Origin: an uncultured Kordiimonas sp.
GTDB lineage: Bacteria > Pseudomonadota > Alphaproteobacteria > Sphingomonadales > Kordiimonadaceae
NCBI GenBank assembly: GCA_947500295.1
Contig: CANMRM010000004.1
Coordinates: 185,663 to 249,662, forward strand
Direction: 5' to 3'
DNA length: 64,000 nt
A program made the position numbers and the translations under genes. This document shows, one piece after another, positions 34,375-43,606 of the stretch. Below the pieces are notes generated by a model that saw only the letters and a program-made list of their open reading frames with translations, did not search any database and was not told the DNA's origin. How positions within the stretch are numbered: position 1 is the stretch's first letter; each line of letters opens with the position of its first letter.

Positions 34375-37074
34375 CTATCTTAGCGGGCGGGCTTGCGCCG
34401 CACCGTGGAATATAGCGTTGGTGAAAATCAGGTTCAGGCCGTCAAGGTACGCGCGTACAGTCGGGTCCTGTGTGAAGCCAATGACCATGCCGTTACCGCG
34501 GTTTTCGACCACGACAAACGGCTTGAAAGCCAGTTGCTTGCGGTTTTCTTCCCACAGGTGGCCGCTTGCCAGCAACTCATCTGCACCCTTGAACCAGGCG
34601 ACGTTGGTACCGCTGTTCAACTTGGACGGTGTATAGATGTCGCCACCGCGAATAAGCACGTTGAGCTCATCACTCACACCTGAAGCAAGCCAGTGGTCTT
34701 TGTCCACGCTGGCTGCGGCAAAGGCCCCAGGCACGCTGTCAGGGCGCTCGTTGGCAGGTTCAAGTGCCGCGCGCATTTCAGCTTCAGTGGTAAAGAGAGT
34801 ACCATCGACGGTATTGCCCTCTGACTTGTCTTCGGACACACCTTCCTTGACCTGATTTTCGCGGCGGATCGACAAAAGGTTGACCTCATCATCAGCGAGA
34901 TAACGCAGTGCGCTGCCGGTGCCAATCAACACACCGCCATCTCGCACCCATGCGTCAAGTTTTTTGGCACCTCTCTCGCCGAGTGCGCGAGCATAGCTGC
35001 CAAACGAAGACGGTATGATCAGCACCTGGTAGCGGTCCAGACGCAGGCGGCCAAAGTCGGCGGTCCGCACAGCGGTGACCGGATAACCGATCTGGCGTTC
35101 GATCATAAAGCGTGTGTTACCAGCTGCGTACTGGCTTGTAGGTTCATCCCACAGAATGGCAACCTTGGGTGCAGGCAGGCGGTTTACGGCCCGACTGCCC
35201 AGGTCCATGCCGGCGTCAACCCAGCTGTCATCAATGCCAATAGCTTCTGCTCCCGTTGCTTGAACGAGCTCAGCAACCTGCGCACCCAGATCATCAGGGT
35301 TGCGTGCGGCGTCGAGGATAAGTGTACCGGCCGAATAGGCCCGCCCGCCCAGGGTGAAACCCTCGTCGATGATTTTAACATCGAGTCCTGCGCGCAGGGC
35401 GCTAGCCAGAAAACGGCCTGCGGCCATATCGCCCCAAGGCACGAGGTAAGCGACGCTTGCCGCTGTGGTGTTCAGGCTGCCCTCGCCAATACGGTCTGGC
35501 GCAACGCGATTTGCGGCGGCATCAACGGCGCGGCCGCATATGTTCATATCCACGTTGAACATGACAGGCAGGGCCCAGGCCGTGACGTCATAAATGTCAT
35601 GGCCGATATTTTTAGCGCGCTTTCGCTCCTGCTCGGCAACAAACTCGGCTTCCATGTCGACTTGCGGGTCGAGCAATGTCCTGATCATGCGCTTGCGTGG
35701 CTGCGCGGCGTCGACAAAAAAGGCGCCTGCACTGTAGTTCACGTTGCATGCGCGGAAGTCTTCAGTTGCTTCGTTGACCTCAATGCCCTGTTCGGCCAGC
35801 AGGCTCACAAGTTTGCGGTTTGCAGCGCTGTCACGACTGGCGGGGAAGATGTAACTCCGGTTTTCGCGGTCAGCGCGTCCTTCCGCAATTGCAGACTTCT
35901 GATAGTCGAAGAAATTCTGGAGAAGCGCCTCACGGTTGGTTGCAGTCGTCTCAAGTGTTCCCATCGACGTGATAAAGTGCTGGCGTACAGTCTGGGCATA
36001 CGGCAGTTCTGTGCCGTCATAGCGGCGGTACACAAGGCCACGCGAAGATGCCTGCTCATAGGTCATGGCAACAGCACCGTAATATGCGGGCCAGCTGGCG
36101 CCGTATCCCGGGTAAAAGGCGTCATAGACATCCCGGGTGAAGTAATCGAATCCGAATTTATCGAACCATTTTGCGTTGGTTTTTCCAAACAGGAACAGCG
36201 AATCGCGCTGGCTTTGCGCAAGATGAGGGTTGTACGGGATCGCTTCGGGAGCAAAATAATAGGTGGAGTTGCCGCCCATTTCGTGCAGGTCAACAAATAC
36301 AAGCGGATACCATTCCTGCAGGGCTTTCGAGTGCCCCTGTGTTTCCGGTTGGGTAAGGACGATCCAGTCACGGTTCATGTCGAACAGATAGTGGTTTGTC
36401 CTGCCGGACGGCCAGGGCTCGTTGTGTTCGGCGGAGGCTGGATCACTGTCCGCCTCGAGGCCGTTCGCCGTGCGGAACCGATGAATGAAGCGATCCCGCC
36501 CGTCCGGATTTTGCAATGGGTTGATGAAAACAATGCTGTTGTCGAGGATTGACGGTACGCGTTCATCCGCCCGGGACGCCAGCAAATGATAAGCCGTCAT
36601 CATGGCAGCGTCGGTTGATGATATTTCATTGCCATGCACGCTGTAGGCAAGCCAGGTCGAAGCCGGAAGGTCGTTGATCAGCTGCGCCGCTTCAGTGTCG
36701 GATGTCTCCCTCGGGTCCCCCAGGGCATGCATGCCGGCCTTGACTTCGTCGAGGCGGCTGATGTTGCCGGCGCTTGAGATCGCGATGTAGATCAGCTCAC
36801 GGCCTTCCCAGGTCTGGCCATACGGCATGATTCGCATTTTATCGGGGGCCGTATTTTCCAACGCGCGCATGTAGCGCAACATATCGGCATGAGTGGTGAT
36901 CTTTTCGCCCGAGCTGTACCCGAGAATATCCTTAACGGTCGGTACCGCTGGATCATAGTTGGCACCTGGCCAGAAATACTCGTTTTCAGGATTGCTTTGC
37001 TGTGCCTGCACCGGCATGCCTAACAGTAATGCCAAACCCAACAACAGGCTTGCAGCGAAACGAACTATGGCCAT
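34375..37074 (-). CDS. secreted M14 family zinc carboxypeptidase with large C-terminal extension
   Basis: Start MAIVRFAASLLLGLALLL is preceded by GGAGGAAAG. M14 zinc and substrate motifs HGNEISS, NPDGRD and VDLHEMGG. About 550 aa of extra C-terminal domains. Confidence 0.85.
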   Translation of the reverse strand: MAIVRFAASLLLGLALLLGMPVQAQQSNPENEYFWPGANYDPAVPTVKDILGYSSGEKITTHADMLRYMRALENTAPDKMRIMPYGQTWEGRELIYIAISSAGNISRLDEVKAGMHALGDPRETSDTEAAQLINDLPASTWLAYSVHGNEISSTDAAMMTAYHLLASRADERVPSILDNSIVFINPLQNPDGRDRFIHRFRTANGLEADSDPASAEHNEPWPSGRTNHYLFDMNRDWIVLTQPETQGHSKALQEWYPLVFVDLHEMGGNSTYYFAPEAIPYNPHLAQSQRDSLFLFGKTNAKWFDKFGFDYFTRDVYDAFYPGYGASWPAYYGAVAMTYEQASSRGLVYRRYDGTELPYAQTVRQHFITSMGTLETTATNREALLQNFFDYQKSAIAEGRADRENRSYIFPASRDSAANRKLVSLLAEQGIEVNEATEDFRACNVNYSAGAFFVDAAQPRKRMIRTLLDPQVDMEAEFVAEQERKRAKNIGHDIYDVTAWALPVMFNVDMNICGRAVDAAANRVAPDRIGEGSLNTTAASVAYLVPWGDMAAGRFLASALRAGLDVKIIDEGFTLGGRAYSAGTLILDAARNPDDLGAQVAELVQATGAEAIGIDDSWVDAGMDLGSRAVNRLPAPKVAILWDEPTSQYAAGNTRFMIERQIGYPVTAVRTADFGRLRLDRYQVLIIPSSFGSYARALGERGAKKLDAWVRDGGVLIGTGSALRYLADDEVNLLSIRRENQVKEGVSEDKSEGNTVDGTLFTTEAEMRAALEPANERPDSVPGAFAAASVDKDHWLASGVSDELNVLIRGGDIYTPSKLNSGTNVAWFKGADELLASGHLWEENRKQLAFKPFVVVENRGNGMVIGFTQDPTVRAYLDGLNLIFTNAIFHGAAQARPLR

Positions 37075-37224
37075 GCTTTCCTCCCCAAAATTGAACACCG
37101 CTGAAAATACGGAACCCAAGTCAATAAAGTCAAAATGATCGCTTGAAAAGCCTTCAGAAATCACTTAACCGTCCGGGCAGTGCGAAAGTACGCCAGCTGA
37201 AGTAAAAAATGCTGCGAGTTTCGC

Positions 37225-37253
37225 TTGATTTTTAAAAAGTGTGCCCTTATGGT
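37225..37253 (+). promoter_or_regulatory. candidate sigma-70 promoter for rpmF (TTGATT-N17-TATGGT)
   Basis: Hexamer match and spacing read directly from the sequence, about 100 nt upstream of rpmF. Confidence 0.4.
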
Positions 37254-37350
37254 GCGCGCCTTGAATTGAGGTGTTCACCGCTTGGTGGGCCCATTTTATG
37301 CGCCCGGTGGCCCAAGCATGATAGGCTCCGGCGAGTGAGAAGGTAAGAAA

Positions 37351-37536
37351 ATGGCAGTTCCAAAGAGAAAAGTGACCGGCTCCCGTCGTGGTATGCGTCG
37401 TTCGCACGATGCGCTGAAAGCTGTTAACTTTCAGGAAGATACGCACACTGGTGAATATAAACTTCGCCATCATATCGACCTGAAAACGGGCATGTACCGT
37501 GGCAAGCAAGTTCTGGAGCCAAAAGGCGACTACTAA
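37351..37536 (+). CDS. rpmF: 50S ribosomal protein L32
   Basis: [23 protein letters not shown] is the canonical L32 N-terminus. GAGAAGG SD-like sequence upstream. Confidence 0.95.
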   Translation: MAVPKRKVTGSRRGMRRSHDALKAVNFQEDTHTGEYKLRHHIDLKTGMYRGKQVLEPKGDY

Positions 37537-37562
37537 TCGCTTTCTGCTTCAATGCAAATACG

Positions 37563-37591
37563 AAAGGCGCTTTTCAGGAAGCGCCTTTTTT
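37563..37591 (+). terminator. rho-independent terminator after rpmF
   Basis: 10-bp stem AAAGGCGCTT/AAGCGCCTTT with a 6-nt loop, followed by a T-run. Confidence 0.8.
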
Positions 37592-37642
37592 GTTGCAAAA
37601 TTTGGGGGTATCCTGCTTGAGCCGATGCATTGGAGGAACCAG

Positions 37643-38410
37643 ATGATCCGCAAAACTATAGTCGCCGCCACTCTTTTGTTGCTGACCGCCTGCATGGCGG
37701 AAAATTCAGTCACGGGCCGGTCGCAGTTCATTATCATTCCGCCGAGCCAGGATGCCGCGCTTGGCCTGGAAGCTCTGAACGAAGTAAAGAAGAGTGCGCC
37801 AGTGGTGACGAGCGGCCGCATGGCCGAGCGGGTGCAGCGCATCGGGGCAGGCATTGCCGCTGTATCGGACAAGCCTGACCTTGAGTGGGAATTTATTGTG
37901 ATAGACGAGCCCGTCTTGAACGCCTGGGCCTTGCCGGGGGGCAAGGTGGCAGTTTATCGCAAGATGCTGGATAACCTGAACGACGAACAGCTCGCTGCAG
38001 TGCTTGGCCACGAGGTAGCCCACGCGGTGCTTCGTCACGGTGCGGAGCAGATGAGCAGGGCGCAGGCTCAGAATATGGCGATCATTGGACTAGGCGTGCT
38101 TGTTAGCAGCCAAACCGAAGATCAGCAGACTGCTCAGATGGCTGTTGGCCTGGGTGCGCTGGCGGCTCAGGGATTTGTCGCACTGCCGCACAGCCGGAAA
38201 ATGGAACTCGAAGCCGATCATATCGGCACGATTTATATGGCGAAAGCCGGATACGACCCCAGAAACGCCGTTACGCTTTGGCAGAAAATGGCGCAGCTCA
38301 AAGACGGAGGCGGGCCGCCGACTTTCCTGTCAACTCACCCATCAGATGATAACCGCATCGCACGCTTGAACGTGCGGATGGATGAGTATCTCAGCTATTA
38401 TCGTCGCTAA
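37643..38410 (+). CDS. M48 family metallopeptidase lipoprotein
   Basis: Start is preceded by GGAGGA. Lipobox LLLTAC and zinc motif HEVAHAVLRH. The longer ORF from 37499 spans the rpmF terminator, so I rejected it. Confidence 0.85.
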   Translation: MIRKTIVAATLLLLTACMAENSVTGRSQFIIIPPSQDAALGLEALNEVKKSAPVVTSGRMAERVQRIGAGIAAVSDKPDLEWEFIVIDEPVLNAWALPGGKVAVYRKMLDNLNDEQLAAVLGHEVAHAVLRHGAEQMSRAQAQNMAIIGLGVLVSSQTEDQQTAQMAVGLGALAAQGFVALPHSRKMELEADHIGTIYMAKAGYDPRNAVTLWQKMAQLKDGGGPPTFLSTHPSDDNRIARLNVRMDEYLSYYRR

Positions 38411-39253
38411 TCAAGATGCGTAGTCGAGGCCGATGTCGACGGCAGGCGCTGACTGGGTCAGGCGCCCGACCGAGACAAAGTCGATGCCGGTTTCGGCGAT
38501 GGCTCTGATGGATTTCAGCGTTACACCACCCGAAGCCTCCAGCGGCATGCGACCGTCCACAATGGCAACTGCCTGTTGCAGTGTCGCGGGCGCCATATTG
38601 TCGAGAAGCAAACTGGTGGCACCAGCATCAAGTGCCTCTCTAACCTGTTCGAGCGTGTCGCACTCCACCTGAATTTGTGATTGACCGCTTGCCTTGGCGG
38701 CTGAAACGGCTTGTTCAACTGACCCGGCAACGGCGAGATGATTGTCTTTGATCATCACGGCATCAAAGAGGCCCATCCGATGGTTTTGTGCGCCGCCACT
38801 TGCTGCGGCATATTTGGCAAGTTTCCTGAGGCCCGGGATGGTTTTTCGTGTGTCGAGCAGGCGTGTGCCCGTGCCTTCAATCGCTTTAATATACTGCTGT
38901 GTCAGCGTCGCAATGCCAGACAGATGTTGCAGGATATTGAGGGCAGTCCGCTCGGCAGTCAGCAAAGCACGGGCTGAGCCCACAATTGTGGAGATCTGGC
39001 CACCAGCAGCGACTTTTTCGCCATCCGCCGCGTGCATAGTGATTTCCACATTGTTATCCAGACGCCGAAAAATGGGTGCCACCAGCGGCAGCCCGGCTAG
39101 TACGAGGTCCTCACGCGCGTTCATCGTCGCGGACAGCTGTGCAGAATCTGGAATAACCGACTGTGCGGTCACGTCCCCGCTGCCTATATCCTCAGCAAAA
39201 GCCAGATCAATGAACTGGTCAATTTCTGTCTGGTTGAGAGGGAACTCTGCCAT
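38411..39253 (-). CDS. nadC: nicotinate-nucleotide diphosphorylase (carboxylating)
   Basis: Pattern typical of quinolinate phosphoribosyltransferase: DTRKTIPGLR, KDNH, and the C-terminal TIM-barrel segment ASGG. Confidence 0.9.
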   Translation of the reverse strand: MAEFPLNQTEIDQFIDLAFAEDIGSGDVTAQSVIPDSAQLSATMNAREDLVLAGLPLVAPIFRRLDNNVEITMHAADGEKVAAGGQISTIVGSARALLTAERTALNILQHLSGIATLTQQYIKAIEGTGTRLLDTRKTIPGLRKLAKYAAASGGAQNHRMGLFDAVMIKDNHLAVAGSVEQAVSAAKASGQSQIQVECDTLEQVREALDAGATSLLLDNMAPATLQQAVAIVDGRMPLEASGGVTLKSIRAIAETGIDFVSVGRLTQSAPAVDIGLDYAS

Positions 39254-39273
39254 GGCTGCACCCCGTACCTTGG

Positions 39274-40257
39274 CTAAGAAAGGTCTTTTGCGGGCCCGGC
39301 TTGCGGACTCATTTCCAGCATGCGACGAAGCGGTTTTTCCGCGGCAATACGAGTCTCTTCATCCAAATTGATTTCAGGGCCAAGATCACGCAGGCAGAGA
39401 TAGAGCTTTTCCATGGTGTTGAGGGCCATATAGGGACACGTGTTGCAGCTGCAATTACCGTCAGCACCGGGGGCGCCGATGAATGTTTTGTGCGGTGCCG
39501 CCTTTTCCATCTGGTGAATGATGCCCGGCTCGGTTGCGATAATGATGGTGTCCGCTTCGTTCTCCAGCGCAAACTTCAGGATTGAGCTTGTCGAACCGGT
39601 ATGGTCGGCATGCTGGACGATATTGTCAGGACATTCAGGGTGGGCTGCTACTGGTGCACCCGGATGCTTGGCCTTTAACTTGATCAGCTCTTTTTCACTG
39701 AACATTTCGTGCACAATGCATGTGCCCTGCCACAAAAGCATGTCGCGCTCCAGTTTGCGCGAAAGAAAGCCACCCAAATGGCGGTCGGGTGCAAAAATGA
39801 TCTTTTGGTCTTCAGGCAGCTGGCTGACGATATGTTCGGCGTTTGAACTCGTGACAATGATGTCGGTCAGGGCTTTCACGGCTGCGGAGCAGTTTATGTA
39901 GCTCAGGACCATATGGTCAGGGTGTGCGTCGACAAACTTTCTAAACTCGTCTGGAGGGCAGCTGTCTTCAAGGCTGCAACCTGCTGCAAGGTCCGGAAGA
40001 ACCACTGTTTTTTTGGGGCTCAGGATTTTGGCCACTTCCGCCATAAAGCGAACACCGCAAAAGACAATAACATCCGCGTCGGTTTCCGCGGCTTTGCGCG
40101 ACAGATCGAGACTATCGCCCACAAAGTCTGCAATGTCCTGAATTTCGCCAGCTTGGTAGTAGTGGGCAAGAATCACCGCGTTTTTCTCGTCCCGCAGCCG
40201 CTTGATCTCGGCGACGAGGTCGAGGGTCGGGTCAATTGTGGAAGCCATCAGGTTCAT
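39274..40257 (-). CDS. nadA: quinolinate synthase
   Basis: ILAHYYQ, the three-fold repeat architecture and the Cys ligands including CSCNTCPYM. Confidence 0.95.
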   Translation of the reverse strand: MNLMASTIDPTLDLVAEIKRLRDEKNAVILAHYYQAGEIQDIADFVGDSLDLSRKAAETDADVIVFCGVRFMAEVAKILSPKKTVVLPDLAAGCSLEDSCPPDEFRKFVDAHPDHMVLSYINCSAAVKALTDIIVTSSNAEHIVSQLPEDQKIIFAPDRHLGGFLSRKLERDMLLWQGTCIVHEMFSEKELIKLKAKHPGAPVAAHPECPDNIVQHADHTGSTSSILKFALENEADTIIIATEPGIIHQMEKAAPHKTFIGAPGADGNCSCNTCPYMALNTMEKLYLCLRDLGPEINLDEETRIAAEKPLRRMLEMSPQAGPAKDLS

Positions 40258-40357
40258 AAAACTCTCCGAAACACGGTCTTCACTCCAGCGTGACGCCTAG
40301 ATACAGGCTGATGCTTTCTTTCGCAATCAAGGAATTATTGGCACGGCACCATCAAAA

Positions 40358-41275
40358 CTAAACCAGCGTGTAGGTGGCTTCCAATGTTGGTTGCCCGTCG
40401 CAGTAAACCCTTCCATCATCGACCAGTGCGATAAGATGAGCAAGCACGGAGCGGGCTGCTGCGGGGTGAAGACGCGGGTCAATATCCTTGTACATTTCTT
40501 TGACCATCATATCGACCGTATGCACCCCTTTTTCAAGACGACGGACAATTTGTCCCTCCCGCATGCGACGATGGGTTATGATGCCGCGAACAAATCTGTT
40601 TGGGTTTTCGATCCAGGGTCCGTGCGTGGGCGCAAGCTTGTCAACATCAAGGGCGATGACTTTCCTGAGGCTTTGCAGATAGTCTTTCATGTCGCCGTCC
40701 GGCGGGGAAATGACAGTGGTTGCCCAGCCCATGACATGATCGCCGACAAAAAGCGTGTTTTCCTCACGGAGATGAAAGCACAGGTGGTTGGCTGTGTGTC
40801 CGGGGGTATGAACGGCTGTCAGTGTCCATCCTTCGCCTGCGATCACGTCTTTGTCTTGGAGAATTGCGTCAGGTTCGAATGATTTGTCGGCGCCGGCTTC
40901 AACGGCCTCACCTTCAAGGCCACCCTTGCGGCCTGCGCCGTGAGCTCCGAAAGCGTGGATAGGTGCGCCTGTTTTTTCCTTCAGCCAGGCGGATAACGGA
41001 GAGTGATCCAGGTGTGTATGGGTGACCAGGATATGGCTCACGGCCCTGTCACCTATTGTTGCCAGTATGGCCGCACCGTGCTCGGGCACCGTCGGACCCG
41101 GGTCGATGACCGCAACTGTCCCGGCGTTTCCAATGATGTAGGTTCCGGTGCCCGTGTAGGTGAAGGGGCTTGGGTTTTTGCACAAGACGCGCGTCACAAG
41201 AGGCGACATCTGTTCGGGTTCGCCGTAAAGGGCGTCAAAATCCCGTTTGAATTCCGGTGCTTCGGTTTTTGCCAC
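40358..41275 (-). CDS. MBL-fold metallo-hydrolase
   Basis: HTHLDH metal motif plus downstream His and Asp ligands. Preferred GTG start at 41275 has GGAG 7 nt upstream. The longer ORF runs to 41329. Confidence 0.8.
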   Translation of the reverse strand: MAKTEAPEFKRDFDALYGEPEQMSPLVTRVLCKNPSPFTYTGTGTYIIGNAGTVAVIDPGPTVPEHGAAILATIGDRAVSHILVTHTHLDHSPLSAWLKEKTGAPIHAFGAHGAGRKGGLEGEAVEAGADKSFEPDAILQDKDVIAGEGWTLTAVHTPGHTANHLCFHLREENTLFVGDHVMGWATTVISPPDGDMKDYLQSLRKVIALDVDKLAPTHGPWIENPNRFVRGIITHRRMREGQIVRRLEKGVHTVDMMVKEMYKDIDPRLHPAAARSVLAHLIALVDDGRVYCDGQPTLEATYTLV

Positions 41276-41332
41276 AATCACACTCCAGTTCGAGCGCTCG
41301 TAACATGGCGTTCTTTTGCAGGAATGCAAAAT

Positions 41333-41382
41333 AAAAACCGGCGACGCCTCGGTGGAATGGGAAAGGGGGCGTCGCCGGTTTT
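41333..41382 (-). terminator. strong hairpin / rho-independent terminator (usable on both strands)
   Basis: 15-bp stem AAAACCGGCGACGCC/GGCGTCGCCGGTTTT with a 19-nt loop. On the minus strand it is followed by TTTTTATTTTG. Confidence 0.65.
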
Positions 41383-41591
41383 AAATTCGAACATGACCGA
41401 TTGGCAGCTGGATCATGTCTCAGGCAAAGTTCCGGTTCGGTGGCAGCCGGAGTGCCGGAACTGCAGTTATAATCGCAATGGCTATGCCAGAAAATAAATT
41501 GTTTAATATCAAATAGTTATAATTTCGACCGTGAGAGATGTCCCGTTATGAGACGGAAGTGTCTACTTATGAACCACGAATAAGTGTCCCA

Positions 41592-42428
41592 TTATGGTTC
41601 AGGCGGTCGAAATCCTGCCTTGAGCCAGATATCGCTTGCTTCATCTGAGCGCAACCAGGAGATAAATCCCTGTGCCAGGGCCCGGCGCTTGGCGCTGACG
41701 GTTGCCGGCACCATCGCGAAATAGCGAATTTGCTGATCAGAAGGCTGTTGCAATCTGATGACCGAGCAGGCGAGTACACTTTTCAGGGCGTCACTGTGAT
41801 AAACAAAACCCGGAATACCTGCGCGTTCAATTTGCAAAAGTGCGAGCCGGACGTTGCCGGCAAACACGGCATTGTTTTGTGCATCAGCCCACAACGCGTG
41901 ACGGGTGAGCCAACTGCGAGTGTATTCCCCTGCCGGTGAGACAGCAGGGTCTGCCATCACGAAACGCCTGTTCCGCAATAAGTCCCGGAGCTGCGCTTGT
42001 GTCATTTTCTGGCCTGCGTACTGGTTGCAAGCCGATGCGAAGACCAAATCGTTGTCTGCTAAGGGCGCTGGTGTACCGTTGATCAGGGACCTGGCCGAAA
42101 GATAGTCTACCCAACGACGGTTTGCAGAGATAAACAAGTCGGCGCCGGCACCTGCTTCAATTTGCCGGGCCATCACCGCGCTGGCACCAACCGATAGCCT
42201 GAACGCAGCTGCGTCATTGCTGGTTGCCCATTTCTTTTCCAGGTCTGGCAAAACGTCCGCAAGACTGGCTGCAGCAAACACTGTTAACGGGGCAGGGCGC
42301 GTGTCATCTTGCGCATGCACCAAATCTGAAACCAAGACGCACCCTAAGGCGAGCGCGAAGGCAAGGGCGGCTGCTAATCGTGAACGGAATTTAGTATGCA
42401 CGCTCAATACAAAAATCCACAACGTCAA
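41592..42428 (-). CDS. ModA-like periplasmic molybdate/oxyanion-binding protein (orphan)
   Basis: Signal peptide ...LVHA-QDD. LTVFAAASLADVL and ARQIEAGAGADLFISAN match the ModA family pattern. Start is ATG 42428 or GTG 42401, and both overlap the ispB 3' end. Confidence 0.7.
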   Translation of the reverse strand: MTLWIFVLSVHTKFRSRLAAALAFALALGCVLVSDLVHAQDDTRPAPLTVFAAASLADVLPDLEKKWATSNDAAAFRLSVGASAVMARQIEAGAGADLFISANRRWVDYLSARSLINGTPAPLADNDLVFASACNQYAGQKMTQAQLRDLLRNRRFVMADPAVSPAGEYTRSWLTRHALWADAQNNAVFAGNVRLALLQIERAGIPGFVYHSDALKSVLACSVIRLQQPSDQQIRYFAMVPATVSAKRRALAQGFISWLRSDEASDIWLKAGFRPPEP

Positions 42429-43431
42429 TCATGGCAGATTTGGCTTCATTATCTTTAAAGATTGCGAGCGCATCCTTTGCCATCTCGCCGTAGTGGCGCG
42501 CGCGTTCCACAGTCGCGGCCAGCGTTCCGTGCTTCTGCAAAATACCGAGCGCCTGACCGAGGTCTTCATCCTTCTGACGGACAGCCTGCATTGTACGTTT
42601 CCAGAACTCGCGCTCTTCCTCTGTGCCGCGCCGGTAAGCCAGGATCACGGGCAATGTTATCTTGCCTTCCCGGAAGTCATCACCAACGTTTTTGCCCATG
42701 GTCGCTTGCCGCGATGAGTAGTCAAGCGCATCATCAATGAGCTGGAAGGCGATTCCAAGGTATCGACCATAAGCTTCAAGCGCGCTGATCACATCTTCGC
42801 CCTTGTCGGCAATAACGCCGGAAACTTCGCAGGCTGCTGCAAAAAGGACAGCTGTTTTCGCCGAAATGACTTCGAGGTATTTTTCCTCGGTAGTCGCAAG
42901 ATCATTGGCGGTGGTGAGTTGCAAAACCTCACCTTCCGTGATGACCGAGGAAGCGTGAGACAGGATTTTCAGAACCCGCAGCGAGTCGGAGCCGACCATC
43001 AGTTCAAACGCCCGGCTGAAGAGAAAGTCTCCGACCAGAACTGTCGGCTGGTTGCCCCAGATCAGATTGGCGGTTTTTTTGCCGCGCCTCAGTGTGCTCT
43101 CATCGACCACATCGTCATGCAGCAGTGTGGCCGTGTGAATGAACTCAACAGCGGTCGCCAGACCAATATGTCGTTTTCCCTCATATCCAATCAGCTTTGC
43201 TGACGCGAGTGTCAGCATGGGCCTCAACCGTTTACCGCCGGAAGAGATGAGGTGACCGGCGAGTTCCGGGATAAGGGAAACAGGGCTCTGCATACGGTCG
43301 AGGATTGTCTCGTTCACTTCGGCCATGTCGCTGGCGGTCACAGCCTGCAAGCGGTCAATGGCCGTCTGGCTGTTTTTCTCGCTGGTGTTTCTGAGCGAGA
43401 CAATATTGTCAGGGTGTGTTGTGTCGGCCAT
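42391..43431 (-). CDS. ispB: polyprenyl (octaprenyl) diphosphate synthase
   Basis: First and second Asp-rich motifs LLHDDVVD and DDALD. Confidence 0.9.
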   Translation of the reverse strand: MADTTHPDNIVSLRNTSEKNSQTAIDRLQAVTASDMAEVNETILDRMQSPVSLIPELAGHLISSGGKRLRPMLTLASAKLIGYEGKRHIGLATAVEFIHTATLLHDDVVDESTLRRGKKTANLIWGNQPTVLVGDFLFSRAFELMVGSDSLRVLKILSHASSVITEGEVLQLTTANDLATTEEKYLEVISAKTAVLFAAACEVSGVIADKGEDVISALEAYGRYLGIAFQLIDDALDYSSRQATMGKNVGDDFREGKITLPVILAYRRGTEEEREFWKRTMQAVRQKDEDLGQALGILQKHGTLAATVERARHYGEMAKDALAIFKDNEAKSAMIDVVDFCIERAY

Positions 43432-43606
43432 CTGTTTGTCTGTTTCCGCTACCTTATCGGGAGCAAGTTAACTATTTGGCGCGGACCATAATCTGCCGCC
43501 GCACCGAAAACAAGAAGTGCTGATCGAATTTCGGCGTCCGCGTCATTTGACCGCAACAAGTTTTGCCGTACAATCTCGCTCTAAGACAGGGAATGCAATT
43601 AAACTT

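Noticed and set aside
35260-36552. 430-aa plus-strand ORF antisense to the M14 carboxypeptidase gene
   Set aside because: It lies fully inside a well-supported minus-strand gene. Its Arg/Ala/Gly/Val-rich composition is typical of antisense frames of GC-biased genes. It has no motifs and no SD.
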